Shown here: positions 46,988 through 59,200 of the stretch, piece after piece
How the letters are laid out: each line of letters starts with the position of its first letter
Numbering within the stretch: position 1 is the stretch's first letter
From: Candidatus Poseidoniaceae archaeon
GTDB lineage: Archaea; Thermoplasmatota; Poseidoniia; Poseidoniales; Poseidoniaceae
DNA: 64,000 bases
Direction: 5' to 3'
Assembly (NCBI GenBank): GCA_938084675.1
Contig: CALKGM010000001.1
Location: forward strand, 22,181 to 86,180
Notes under the pieces: model-generated
The model's database searches: none
The model's input: only the letters and a program-made list of their open reading frames with translations
What the model was told of the DNA's origin: nothing
Translations under genes and position numbers: made by a program

Positions 46988-47680
46988 ATGGATGACAATA
47001 TCCGAACGTCGGCTGCACGCCTTGTTCGACGACTCAAAGAAGGAAGTCACACCATCACTGTAGCCGAGTCGTGCACTGGTGGTTTGCTAGCGAGTACGCT
47101 GACCGACATTGCTGGGGCAAGCGAGTGGTTCAAGAAATCCTGGGTGACCTACGCTAATGATGCGAAAGTCAGTGAACTTGGTGTTGAAGAAGAAGTTCTC
47201 AACACTAAAGGAGCGGTTTCTGCACGAGTAGCGATTCAGATGGCTCAAGGGGCACGAGAACGTGCAGAAGCATCCATTGCCATTGCTATCACCGGAATCG
47301 CAGGGCCCAATAACGATGGTTCTGCAAAACCAGTAGGAACAGTGTATGTCGGAATTGCATCACGAACATGGGCCAATGCCTTGCACACCCAAATCGGAGG
47401 AACGCGAGCCGAAAATAAATCTGGATTTGTTCAATTTGCCCTGCAAACTGCAATTCATTGCTGGGACGAAGCAATGGTGCAAGCGAAAGAAGCAGAAGCA
47501 AAAGAGATTATTGCAATTGAAGAGGCTATGAAGAGGGAAGAAGAACGCCTTGAGGAACTTGAGCGCCGAGATGCTGCTGCTCGGGAAACTGCTCCATGGC
47601 AGGATGATGCATGGTCCGAAAAAGAAGAAACCTCCGATAAGGAAATGGGTTCTTATGTTGAATGGTCAGAAGAGGAATGA
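46988..47680 (+). CDS. CinA C-terminal / NMN amidohydrolase (PncC) family protein with charged C-terminal extension
   Basis: TVAESCTGG, VTYANDAK, GAVS..A..MA.GA, ITGIAGP, KPVGTV. Confidence 0.9.
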   Translation: MDDNIRTSAARLVRRLKEGSHTITVAESCTGGLLASTLTDIAGASEWFKKSWVTYANDAKVSELGVEEEVLNTKGAVSARVAIQMAQGARERAEASIAIAITGIAGPNNDGSAKPVGTVYVGIASRTWANALHTQIGGTRAENKSGFVQFALQTAIHCWDEAMVQAKEAEAKEIIAIEEAMKREEERLEELERRDAAARETAPWQDDAWSEKEETSDKEMGSYVEWSEEE

Positions 47681-47746
47681 GTTTTCTCTTAAACTTCATC
47701 AATCTCCATCACACACCTTTTGAAGCGTCGTCGTACAAGAGCAACC

Positions 47747-49396
47747 ATGGGTGAGAGATGGGCCGAAATCGCTGCCCTGCTCAAACAGCACAAATTGTTG
47801 GCAATGACTTCTATTAAGAGCCAAATCATGGCACTTGATAACCCAATGGAAGTGATTGCAGCCGCTGGACCATTGAATTATTCTTCAACCGTCCTAAACG
47901 ATACAATGCTATCCGCTATGATTAATCATGTCGGCAGCACAATGGGGAATCCAACCCCTTCAAATCAACCGACACCTGCTGCCGTCATGGCTCCTCCGCC
48001 ACAATCAATGCCAAATCAGGTAGTTAGCCAAACGCCCACAGACCTCGCTAGAACCGTTGCCCCGATTGAAGAGCCAAAACCGCTGGACATCAAATTTAGA
48101 AATAACCTACCTGATTGGAATCAATCCGATTTTTCCACTCATGCTAGCGATGTCAGTTCAGACATTACCGTCCATTTTGACATCACTGGAAACTCTGTAA
48201 CTGAAGGTAAAATGTCCGATATTACAGCTTGCTTCAATGACCGATTGAAAAGTATTCGAAAACTCATCGTTCAAAATTCCAATCTTCCCCGCAAACACCA
48301 AGAAATTGCACGCTTACTTGCAGAAATAAGCCGTTATCAAGGCCATGAAAACAAGGCTGCTGCCATTGGACTCGTCAACGAACCGAGGTATACCAAGAAC
48401 GGACACCTCATTTGGGGTCTGGAAGATGAGACTGGAGAGATGACTTGCCTTCTCACGAAGCGGAAGGGCGAGGATAGGGACAGAGCCCATGAAGCAATCC
48501 TTGAAGCAGGATTAATGCCGGATGATGTTCTTGGGGTCTCGGGGACCTTTAGCCAAACTGGCGATTTATTTTACGTCGATGACCTCCATTTCCCATTGGA
48601 GTCACGCCACCAGAAAGTAAGTGCTGAACAAGGCGTAAGTGTGGCGTTTCTCTCCGACATCCACGTAGGTTCGAAAACCTTCCTTGAGGCACAGTGGCAC
48701 AAGATGGTTCGTTGGTTCCATTCTGACCCTCTCGCTAAGACGATCAAGTACCTCATCCTGTCTGGAGACTGTGTTGATGGGGTCGGAATCTATCCCGGAC
48801 AAGACAAGGAACTGGCCATCCCTGACTTGTTTGCCCAATACACGGAATTTGCAAGGCTGTTAGAATTACTTCCCGATTGGGTAGAGTGTGTCATGCTTCC
48901 AGGGAACCATGATGCAGTTCGACCTGCTGAACCACAACCAACATTTGAGAAAGACATTCAGCAAGACTACAACACGACTACCTTTGTTGGAAATCCATGT
49001 GACTTTTCGCTCCATGATGTGCGATTGCTTTCCTACCACGGCAAGTCCATCGACGATTTCGTAGCTGGCCTCAGAACCGTGACCTATGCTGACCCCGTTG
49101 AAGCAATGCGAGAAATGTTGCGTCGTCGTCATTTAGCCCCTCAATGGGGTGGAAAAACACCATTATCTCCAGAACCCGAAGACGGGTTGGTGATTCGCGA
49201 AGTCCCTGACATTTTTGTCACGGGCCACGTCCATGGTCACGAATGCGTGGATTTCAGAGGTACAACACTGGTTTGTTCCAGTACATGGCAAGACCAAACA
49301 TCCTACCAGCGTATGCTTGGGTTCCAACCAAAGCCATGTATGTTGACGATCATCAATCTAAAGAGTCACAAGTCAATATCAATTCCATTCGCTTGA
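47747..49396 (+). CDS. polB: DNA polymerase D small subunit DP1 (proofreading exonuclease)
   Basis: OB fold (TKNGH..LEDETG), SDIHVGS, GDCVDGVGIYPGQ, PGNHDA, YHGKS, RRHLAP, GHVH. Start at ATG 47747. Confidence 0.95.
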   Translation: MGERWAEIAALLKQHKLLAMTSIKSQIMALDNPMEVIAAAGPLNYSSTVLNDTMLSAMINHVGSTMGNPTPSNQPTPAAVMAPPPQSMPNQVVSQTPTDLARTVAPIEEPKPLDIKFRNNLPDWNQSDFSTHASDVSSDITVHFDITGNSVTEGKMSDITACFNDRLKSIRKLIVQNSNLPRKHQEIARLLAEISRYQGHENKAAAIGLVNEPRYTKNGHLIWGLEDETGEMTCLLTKRKGEDRDRAHEAILEAGLMPDDVLGVSGTFSQTGDLFYVDDLHFPLESRHQKVSAEQGVSVAFLSDIHVGSKTFLEAQWHKMVRWFHSDPLAKTIKYLILSGDCVDGVGIYPGQDKELAIPDLFAQYTEFARLLELLPDWVECVMLPGNHDAVRPAEPQPTFEKDIQQDYNTTTFVGNPCDFSLHDVRLLSYHGKSIDDFVAGLRTVTYADPVEAMREMLRRRHLAPQWGGKTPLSPEPEDGLVIREVPDIFVTGHVHGHECVDFRGTTLVCSSTWQDQTSYQRMLGFQPKPCMLTIINLKSHKSISIPFA

Positions 49397-49401
49397 TAAA
49401 A

Positions 49402-50082
49402 TCAAGCCATTCCCAAATGTGGCAGAATATCCCTGAGGTCTTTAGTATTCACAACCGGGACCTCAGCCTCCTCAAATGCAGCATGGGATGAATCTCGTGT
49501 CGGGTTAAACCCGATGAAACGACTACCTTCTACTTGCATGGAGAGGTCCATTTCAGAATCACCGACCGAAACACACTGTTCGGGCTTGAAACCATTCATG
49601 TCCAACAACCGCTGGATGACTTCGTCCTTGCCAGTTGCATGAAGCCGACAAACACCTTCATCGGTGAGAAAGCCCTCGTCGTCAAAGACAAATCCATTTG
49701 CGATCCAATCGTCAACTTTCAGAATACCAGCGATGGAACTCACAAAAATATCGACGCCTGCACTGACAATGGCAACAAATACACCATCTGCCAGGAGTTT
49801 CTCAACAACCTCACGTGCACCAGGCATAAGTTTCACACCTGCATAGGCACGGAACAACTCGTCTCTGTGAATGGGATCTTGGACTTCCTTCCACATTTGG
49901 ATGTCAGAACGCATGAACTCAACATCGCTGAGTTCACCGCGAATAAACCGGTTCAGGTTCAACGCATTGTCCGTACCAAATGCATCGTGAAGTGTTCTCC
50001 ATGAGCTCACTGCATCGACAAGCACACCATCGCAATCAAAGACCACGATTCCTGGTTTGACGTCCCCATTCTCTTGAACCAT
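49402..50082 (-). CDS. HAD-IB family phosphatase (phosphoserine phosphatase-like)
   Basis: FDCDGVL, IVSAG, K, VGDSEMD motifs. Start ATG 50082 or GTG 50088. Confidence 0.88.
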   Translation of the reverse strand: MVQENGDVKPGIVVFDCDGVLVDAVSSWRTLHDAFGTDNALNLNRFIRGELSDVEFMRSDIQMWKEVQDPIHRDELFRAYAGVKLMPGAREVVEKLLADGVFVAIVSAGVDIFVSSIAGILKVDDWIANGFVFDDEGFLTDEGVCRLHATGKDEVIQRLLDMNGFKPEQCVSVGDSEMDLSMQVEGSRFIGFNPTRDSSHAAFEEAEVPVVNTKDLRDILPHLGMA

Positions 50083-50130
50083 GTCCACACCAAGGAACTC
50101 CAGTTTGAAAGGGTTCGCTTTTGGCTAGGG

Positions 50131-50227
50131 GTAGCCCAAGGCAGGGAGCCCTGTTAGGGGCTCCCCGCTGGGATACAGCCTCACGGCTGCAGACACCTGC
50201 TTTCAGGTGAAGTATTGTCGTAACAAC
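50131..50227 (-). other. Cluster of four RNA hairpins immediately 3' of the giant gene (structured 3' UTR or terminator-like element)
   Basis: Minus strand: GUUGU-UACG-ACAAU; CACCUG-AAAG-CAGGUG; UGCAGCC-GUGA-GGCUGUA; GCGGGGAGCCC-CUAACA-GGGCUCCCUGC. Confidence 0.7.
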
Positions 50228-50239
50228 TCAACTGAGGCT

Positions 50240-53200
50240 TCAAGCCTTCTTGTTGAAAGCCAAGTTCGACCACTTTGTCAATTCTGCACCGTTGCCGTTA
50301 GGCGGAGCATAGGTGATGGTGATCGTGACACCGGTGAGTGGTGTACCGTCAGGTGCGTGGGTGCGAACGAAGATTGTATCTCCAGAGTTGAAGGTCGAGA
50401 TTGACCGATTACCGTCTCTGTCAACAGAATCAACGAACGTTACAAACGCATCACTGTTGGCCGGATTGAATCCGTACACACCAGCGCTTTCAGCAAGATT
50501 GACTGTAACCACACTCTGACCGCCAGTTGAATTCTGATAGATCACACGGACTTCAACAGCTTGTGTTGCAAGTGCTGTTTGTGCGTTCATAACAGAGATT
50601 CTCCAGTGACCTTCATCAGCGTCTACACCGTTCACATCTTCCATTTGGAAGGTGATACGAGGAACGCCCTTGACGTCGGTCTCAGCAAGCGATGATGCCC
50701 AGACATAGATGACACCTGAGAGAACCACTGTGATTGCAACCATAAGGATGGTAGCGATTACAGGGCTGACTGCAGTTTCATCTTCCTCGATACGTTCCAC
50801 AACTTCTTCATCTTCTTCATCAGCACGGCGGCTGGAGAAGGTGAGTAGGCTCACGAAGAGACCAGCCATAGCCACAGCGATGATGCTTGGGGCAAAGGAT
50901 GGAACTGCGCTTGCACCGACAGTGTCGACAACTGTTGGGATGTCTTGTGCGGTTGCAAGGAACGTAGTGTCAGCGGTATCTTGGTCTGCTGCGTTACATG
51001 GGTCTGCTGTTGGAAGCGAGGTCATGACGTTGTTACACCAGTTGCTGTCTTCAAGCAATGGACGACGGATAGAGGATGCTGTTGCATCTTGTCCATATCG
51101 GCCAGGTGCAGACCATGGCTCATCGGATTGAACACCGTTGATCACACGGTAGTGCGATGCTGGGTTGTCAGCGATGAATCGTTCTGTTGTCGATTTCGTC
51201 AAGTCACATGGGTTGTCCAAACAGGTTAGTACATCCATTTCTACCCAAACATGTGTGGTATCTCTGGTGACGTAAACGTCCTCAGTGAGTTTCACAGCGG
51301 AGTTGTAGTCAGGTACATCGTAATAACGAGTTTGTTCAATGTCTGTGTGTCCATCTGAGTGGTAGGTCACAGCAAGCATGTGGTCGTAGCGGTAAGGTCC
51401 TGGATCACCAGCGCCGTCGATTGTAACGGTGACTGGGATGTAGGTTCCTGTCATGACGTTGGTAACTCCGTTGAAGCTGAATCCTGTCACACCATCAAAG
51501 GCATAGTCTGGGACTTGCTCAGGGACGTTCGTAACCTTCACACCGATGGTCTTGGTTGCAACACCTTGCTCGTATGCCGCAATTGGCATCAAAGCAGTAT
51601 CGTAGTTAGGGATATGTGTGTTGTATTCGCCATCAACGATAGGTGCTGTTGGTGTGTCACGTAGAACTAGAGTGATCTCACAGTATGAGCTGCCGGTTGG
51701 TGGGATTTGGTGAATACCACCGTTGTTGAGGTAGTCTCGCTGTTCGTTTGGAACATCCGTTGCAGCATCTTCAATCAGGTCAAAGACGAGGTCGTCTCCG
51801 ATGATGGTGGTTGTGAAGTAGTTCGAGTATGTGCATTGGTCAGTAGATTCAACGGTCCAAAGAAGGTCATCCATATCGTGGTCAACATCGGCCTTGATAG
51901 CTGAGAGGTCAAACGTTAGGTTGTCTTCGTTGGTATCGTCTTCTGTCATGACAAGCTTCCAGGCCTGGTTGATAGGCAGGTTAGCTTTGTTGACAATCGT
52001 TGTACCGTTTGCTGCATCCCAATTACGGATCACAGGTGCATCGTTGACTGGTGATACTGAGAAAGCAACATCAAAGGTCTCTGCATCGGTGTTCTCTGCT
52101 CCATCATCAGATAGAGAGAGTGTTACCATACATGTGCCACCCTTTTCGTTTGCTGTGTTCTCGGTAATGGTCAATTCGTTGTTGACAACATCAACTGTGA
52201 ATGCTTCACAGGTTGAAGGGATGCTTGCGCCCCATGTGTAGGTTTGACGGCTTGGCGATTGCTCGTTAGCCATGTCCCGGATGTAGGAGCGTGTAGCGTT
52301 GGATACATCACCAAGGAACTTGGTGTGTGTTCCAAACCCTTCAGGCAGGATGTTGTTGAATGAACCATCTTCGGAGATGATCGGCATACAGTCTGTTGCG
52401 ACTCGGTCATTGTTACAGATAACTGGCTTGTCGTTCACATTGTTCACCGTGTAGGTGATGTTGTGGCTGTCGCTTAGTCCGTTGCTGTCTGTCACTTCAA
52501 AGGAGAAGACAACTGTTCCGAATTGGTCAGCGAGCGGCGTGATGGTAACATCTTGGCCGTTCTGAGCCCAATCAATGAGGACGTTGTCAAAGGCCACAAG
52601 GGTTCCTTCGGTAACGACCCAATCAAGGTCAATTTCAGCATCTTGAACATCGTCCACAAGGTTTGTGAGACTGAATGTGAATGCCGAAGAGTCTTCGTCC
52701 TTGTCAAACGAGGATAGACCATCAGATGGAGCAGTTGTTGCTTCAGTATCAATAACAGGACATGCACGTTGGATGTCAACGGTTGCTCGGACATCTGTTG
52801 TGTCTCCGGCTCCAGCAGTGTAACTGTCGTCAAATGCTACGTTAGTAGCCATTGAAACATCTTCGATGGTAGCCCAGTCGTAAGCACATTCAGCAGGTGT
52901 CTTCAGCATGATGTCGTAGTTCTTAGCTGCACCAGCAGTTGCAACACCCTTGTAGGAGCGGTATACCAAGACTTCATCGTTCAGGTTTCCAGTCATCAAA
53001 TCATCATGGTCCAATTCAACGGTCATGAACTTGGTCAAGTTCTGAAGCGTTGCGGTCTGGTCCAAAGTTTGGGACGGGTGAACGGTTGTGATATCTGCAG
53101 TGGTTTCTTGTTGAACAATTGCGACGATGTCGATTTGGCTCGGCATTCCACCAATACGGCTCCATGGGATGGAGATTTCACCAAGTGAAGTGGAGAAGTC

Positions 53201-56200
53201 CGCATCAATGTTGGCTGTGCTCAAAGTAGAGCGAGACCAACCGAGGAAACCGTAGCTGTAGAGGTCGTATGAGGAATCACTGTCTGCCCATAGCACGTAG
53301 TTAGCGCTGAATGGGAGGTTGTGAGCTCCACCAAGTCCATTGTATCCAACATCAGATCCACTTCCGTCAACACTGATGTAAATCAGTACGTCAGAGGAAG
53401 TCAAGTCCGATCCGGTCATACCCATGTATAGGCTGTCACCTTCGACATAGGTTACCAAGAAATCATCGGTTCCGTCTCCGCTCATCTTACCAGGCATTGC
53501 ATAGCCAGATGGGTTGAGGGCGTTTCCGCCGACCCAGTCCTCGTTACTTCCGTCCACTGACATAGTTTCAGGTTGGAAGGATGTCGAGACATAGGATGCA
53601 CGCTCATCGTCAGTTGATGTAACGAGAAGTGCAACTTCGTCTTGTGGAAGGTCACCGAGGTGAGTCGTTTCAATAGACAAGAGGTTGGCTTCGTCAATCA
53701 CTGAAGTTGAATCAATGGTAATTGCACTGCTCAGCAGAGTGTTACCGATTGAAGTCACGTGGGAGCGAGGTCCGGCGTTGATTTGCGTGGTTGATGCAGA
53801 CCAAGTTAGGTTCTCGACGCTTCCGATTGAATCTTCAACGTAGATAGCTGTTGTAGCATCCGAAGTACCACCGTCCCAGCGGAACGGTGTGTTATCGATG
53901 TGTACACCGATAAGGCCAGATGCGTCCATTGGGTAAACCCAAACATCGCTGCTGTCTACAACATAGAGACCAGTTCCAGTAGAACCACCATCAACGGCTG
54001 CATTGATTGCAGTAACGGATGTGGATTCCACATGAACACCGTAGTCGGTTCCAGTGATATCGGTTCCACCAATCATGCTGAGGTCACCGTTTTCCTTGGT
54101 AAGTCCAATTGCGTATCCACTGATTGTTGTTCCATCAAGGTTGAGGAATCTGTTCGTGTCATCTGCAACGATACCGATAGTGGAGGTATCTCCGCTTCCG
54201 ATAAGTGTTGAACCTTCATCGCTGAAGTCACAGTCATCGATGACAATTGCATTGTCACCAAGTGTGATGGTGTTCGTTCCAGATAGGATGGTCACACCAT
54301 CGCAACTTAGAGCTGTAATTCCAACTGCATTAGGAGAGACTCGGCCTGCGGAGAGACCAACGGTGTTTCCACTAATGTCAGGGCCAGCGTATCCTGATGA
54401 ACCGCCGGTTGATTCCAAGACATTGATGGTTGCACCACCGTCACCGTAGGAATCTCGCACGGTAAGTGTGTAAGCCCCAGCATCGCTGTAGGATTTCAAA
54501 GGCAGATATTCAGTGTTACTACTGAAGGAGTAGGTACCCCATGTATCGGTTGAACCGTCTGGCTTGTCAATGGTGATACTGATCTCGTATCCCCAGTTGT
54601 CAGTTCCCAAATTGACGTCAGCTGATTTCCCAGATGCAATGTTAAACGTACAACTGTCAGAGGTCCTATATCCGCTGCTGCTGATTGAGCACAAGGAATT
54701 CGTAGGCGCAGGTGGAGACCTCATTTCACTGAGATAAATTCCGCCATCAGCGTCTACGAGGGTGTTGTTGGTAACATCACCAGTACTCTTGAACACTTGG
54801 ATACCTGTGGAACTTGGATCACTGATACCGCCAATTGTGTTGTTGTGGACGGTAAAGTTGCTAACGGTGTTAATGCTGATAGCATTCTTACTACCAACGA
54901 TCGTATTGTCTTGAATCAGCAGGTCAGTGACCTTTCCACTGTAGACCGAAACCGCTCTTCCACCGTTGGGGTTAAACTCATTGTTGGTGATGATGGTTCC
55001 GTCAGCCTGACTTGATGAATACAGCCAAACATCAGCAATTTCCCCACCGTCGTAGAACTTGTTGCTATCGATGGTAACGTTATCTGCTCCAAGTTCACTT
55101 GCAGTGTGCGAGTAATAGTACGGTGAGCGTTCGAGTTGGATTGCAGATCCACAGTCGTAGAAGGTATTGTTGTAGATAAGGCTCTCTTCTCCACCGTTCA
55201 ATTGAACGCAGATGTCTGTGTTTTGAATCGCGTTGGTCAGCGCGGTGTACCCCTTGAAGTGAGTTAACGTGCTGTTAGTGATCCTGAAGTGATCCAATTC
55301 GTGTTCATTGTAAGTCCCGTATCCGATTGTACCCCAAATGCTAGCAACTCCTGAGATTGTACTTCGATCCATGTCAAGGTTCATGCTGTAATATTGGTAT
55401 CCGATCTGGAATCCTTGCATTTCCCCTTGGTCACTTACAGCCGTAGCGGTGACATTGGTATTGTGCATCCAAAGGTTGACCTCTTGGTTGTAACGTGGGT
55501 AGAATCGGTTTGCGTTGTCAAAGGTGTATGAAGAGGTTGAGATGATATTCGTTCCGTTCCAGTTGTGTGTACCACCTTGAAGATAGATGAATGGTGTATC
55601 AAACATGACCGTGTCACCTGCAATATCGTTTCCACTTATTGTGTAATAATATCCGTATTCCACAAGACCATTACTGTATGTACGTGTACTTCCGGTACCC
55701 AGGGTCGAACAAGCGTTCTGCTGGATGTACGAAGTACTGGTGTAACGATAACAGATGCGTGAGTCAAACGTTTCAACGAGATCAATTGAGTCTGTGTTTC
55801 CTGGAGTGTTCGTCAAGGTCATAGGCTCAAAGGCATAACGGAAGTCTGCGTTGTCGGCGGAACTGGTGTAAAAGTAGTCAATTGTGGCTACAGTTACAGC
55901 CGTGTATCCAGATAGACTTAGATTGCACACTGCCGAACAGGATCCAGCATCAACATTTTGGGTTACAAATGTCAGATCCGATGCAACACCATTGGTATCA
56001 GTTTCAGCCATTCCTGTGACAACGCCATCGCCATCCTTCAGAACAACGTTCGTTCCACTAACATCTTCGGTGGTGGTTGTGCCTCCAGAAGTAACATTTG
56101 CGGTTACTGTGATGTCAACCTCACGCATTCGTGAGAACAAACCAGTTCCAGTAACCTCAACAGTTGAAACGTTCAGATCACCCTCAATGAAGTCCATGGT

Positions 56201-59200
56201 TGATGAACCACTGATAACAACGTCTTTTGTGTTGTTCAATTCAACATCCTTCAGCACAAAGTTGCTTGAACCCAAGGATTCAATTCCAACTCCGTTTTGT
56301 CCGATGGATAGACCAGACAATGCAATGTCACGGTTTGTGTTTAGTCCGTACTTCAAAGCTGGTCCTTGAGCACCAGTGATGGTTCCAGAGAACGCCGTGT
56401 TCAAATCCTTGAGGTAGTAAATACCAGCAAGATTCTGGTTTTCAAAGTCTACATTCTGTAGATCGAATCGGCCTGAAGCACTTGTTCCAGCAAGGACCCC
56501 GTAATCTCCACCTGTCACGTTAATGTTCGAGGATGAAGCCGCAGATGAACCGGTAACGTAGACACCAGCTGTCGTTGGAGCGGTGATATCGATGTTCTCG
56601 AATACACCAGCAGCGTATCCACCACCAATGTCAATTCCTACATCAGAACCAATAATCTGTCCGTTCTTAAACAGAGCAGTTCCTGATTCACGAACGTATT
56701 CGCCAAGGGAGGCTGGGTTGTTACCTGAACGAGCGACGAAGTCATATCGGTCTTGGTAGTTGTCAGCACCCTTGTGGAGGACGTCAATCCAAAGTGAAAC
56801 CTTGGAGATGTTTCCGCCGTTAGCGGTCGCACCGGAGATGTCAACGATAGGGTAGGTAACTCGAGCACCTTGTCCTGCGTTAACGTAGGGTGTGTAAACG
56901 TAATCACTGCAAACACCGTAGTTGTTAGGATATCCAGTTGAAGCATAACTTGGTGGGTTTCCGGCTCCGACCCATCCACTTTGTCCATTACTTCCTTCAG
57001 GAGGAGAGTAGACACCTTGGAATTGGCTGGCAGGGGAATAGTCTCCCCAATACTTGTACGGGTAGCGGGATTGATAGTATCCAGTTGGGGATACATCTTC
57101 GATGCTTTCCCAACGGAAACCAAATTCTTCAGGTTGTTCGTATCGGTCGAAACCACTTGTCTGACCCAGCCAATATCGATACATGTAGTAGTAGTATCCG
57201 TCTTGGTTCTGGTAGTTAGGGCCATAGTCGTAGCCGTAGTAGTTGCAATGCCATGAAGGAGCGCCACCAACACCACCGCTGTAGCTTCCAACATCAGAAT
57301 TGCTGTTGATAGCAGGGTCGCTACTGGAGTAAGGGTAGTACCCTTTCTGGTCTCCGTCCGTGATGTTCCATGAATTACCACTGTCGTCAGTGAACTGAAT
57401 GTTCATTCGGTCTGTGATGAAGTAATCCTTGGAATAGTAGGAGTTGTAAACCGGGTGAGCATTTCCACCGCCGTAAATTGAGTTTGCACCAACTTGGAGG
57501 TAGTTACCAGTTCCAAGATAGGTCGACAAGTCAATTTCATAGGTTTCCCAACCTGCAGACATTCCTGAAAGGATTGTACTTCGGTAAATGGTTGGTAGTG
57601 ACATTCCACCGTAAGCACTCACACCAATGGTGTTCCCGTTGGCGGTGAAACCATCTACTTGAGGAGCGCCATTGTAGGCTTGAATTCCAACTGCGGCATT
57701 TTTCACAGTAATACCATTGATTGATCCACCAGAATTTTGTACCCACAGGGCAGTTCCAGTTTGTCCGTTGTTGATGATTGAAGAACTGTCAATGTTGACC
57801 GTTCCACCGTCAATTTTCACGGTAGCCATTTCGTCAGACGTTGCAGTGGAACCGTAAATAGTTCCGCTGTCCATCATTTGTAGTGTGGCTCCATTTCCAA
57901 TCATTAAGCATCCCATAGTGGTTGTATCGCAAGCGAGGTCTCGGAGAACACCGTTGTCAAGAACAAGAGATCCATCTTGGATGTCCATGTTCAATCCGTA
58001 TGTAGGTGACACTGCACGAATAGTTCCGGGAGTGGCTTTTGTACCGTCATTTGTAACGGTCAATGAGCCCCCACTTTTGATGGTGATCACTGGTGTATTG
58101 GTGGATGTGCTTTGAACACGAAGGACACCGCCATCCATGCGGAGGTGACATCCATCAATCATGATATTTTCAGTGATTGTAATCTTGGTGTCGTCCCAAG
58201 CAAAGGTATCTGTTGATGGCGTGTAGGCACCAGACAGATTGACGTTGTTTCGCATGGCGTTACAGTCAGTAGCAGGATCGTTGAACGTAATTGGAGCAGG
58301 CTCCAATTGGAGGTCCATGTGAGTTCCAAGCGTGAATCCTGCGCTGGGGTACCAAGCGCTTGCTAGAGTTGCGTCTGGGAAATTGTCCGGGTAGGTCTCA
58401 TTCTGACCAGCAGACCCGAATGCACGGATGATGTGGTCCTCGAAGAGGGTGTTATCACTGTCACCGCGAACAACCCAAACGCTGGAATTACCCAAATCGC
58501 TTGTTACTGCGCTGGTCCTGTGAAGTCCGACCTGGAACACTTCGTTCAAACTGGCGTCAACCAAAGAAGTGGTCACAACGTGGTTCGCTTTGTATGCGGG
58601 ATTATTGGATGCATCCAATCGGAACACACGAACTGAGGCAAGTCCACCAAAGTAAACCATTGACGGATTGGAGCTCGATGATGAAACATCGATTGAACAA
58701 CTTCCTGTGTTTCCGCTAGCGCCTGAACAATCGTTTCCGTTCAAATCACTCGCAATCAAAACAATGTTGGTTCCAGAACGAGCCTTAGCCACATAGGGTC
58801 CAGAGGACGATGCACTTGTACTCGAGATGGACGACTCTCCAACTGTTATGTGGGAGTTACGACCGTCGATTACGTGCTCCGTTGAAGAGCCGTGAGTGAA
58901 GGTTGCATCGCTCACCGTCATTGTGTTCTTGGAATTAGCACAGGAGGCAGAACTCTTGACTCGGTCAAGAGTTGGTGCAACCATGTCTACGCTCCATCCA
59001 CAGCCTGTTAGAGTGAAGGAATCAGCGTCAAAGTCGTTCATTGTCAATACTTCAGAAGTGATGTAGTTTCCAGTGAGGGTGACTACATTTGCAGTAATCT
59101 CATCAAAGACACCTGGGTGAATCCTCTTCATTGTGAGGTCACCGCTGTTGATATCCATCATCTTCATGCTCGTACTCGAAGGACCGTTGCCGGTCTGTGA

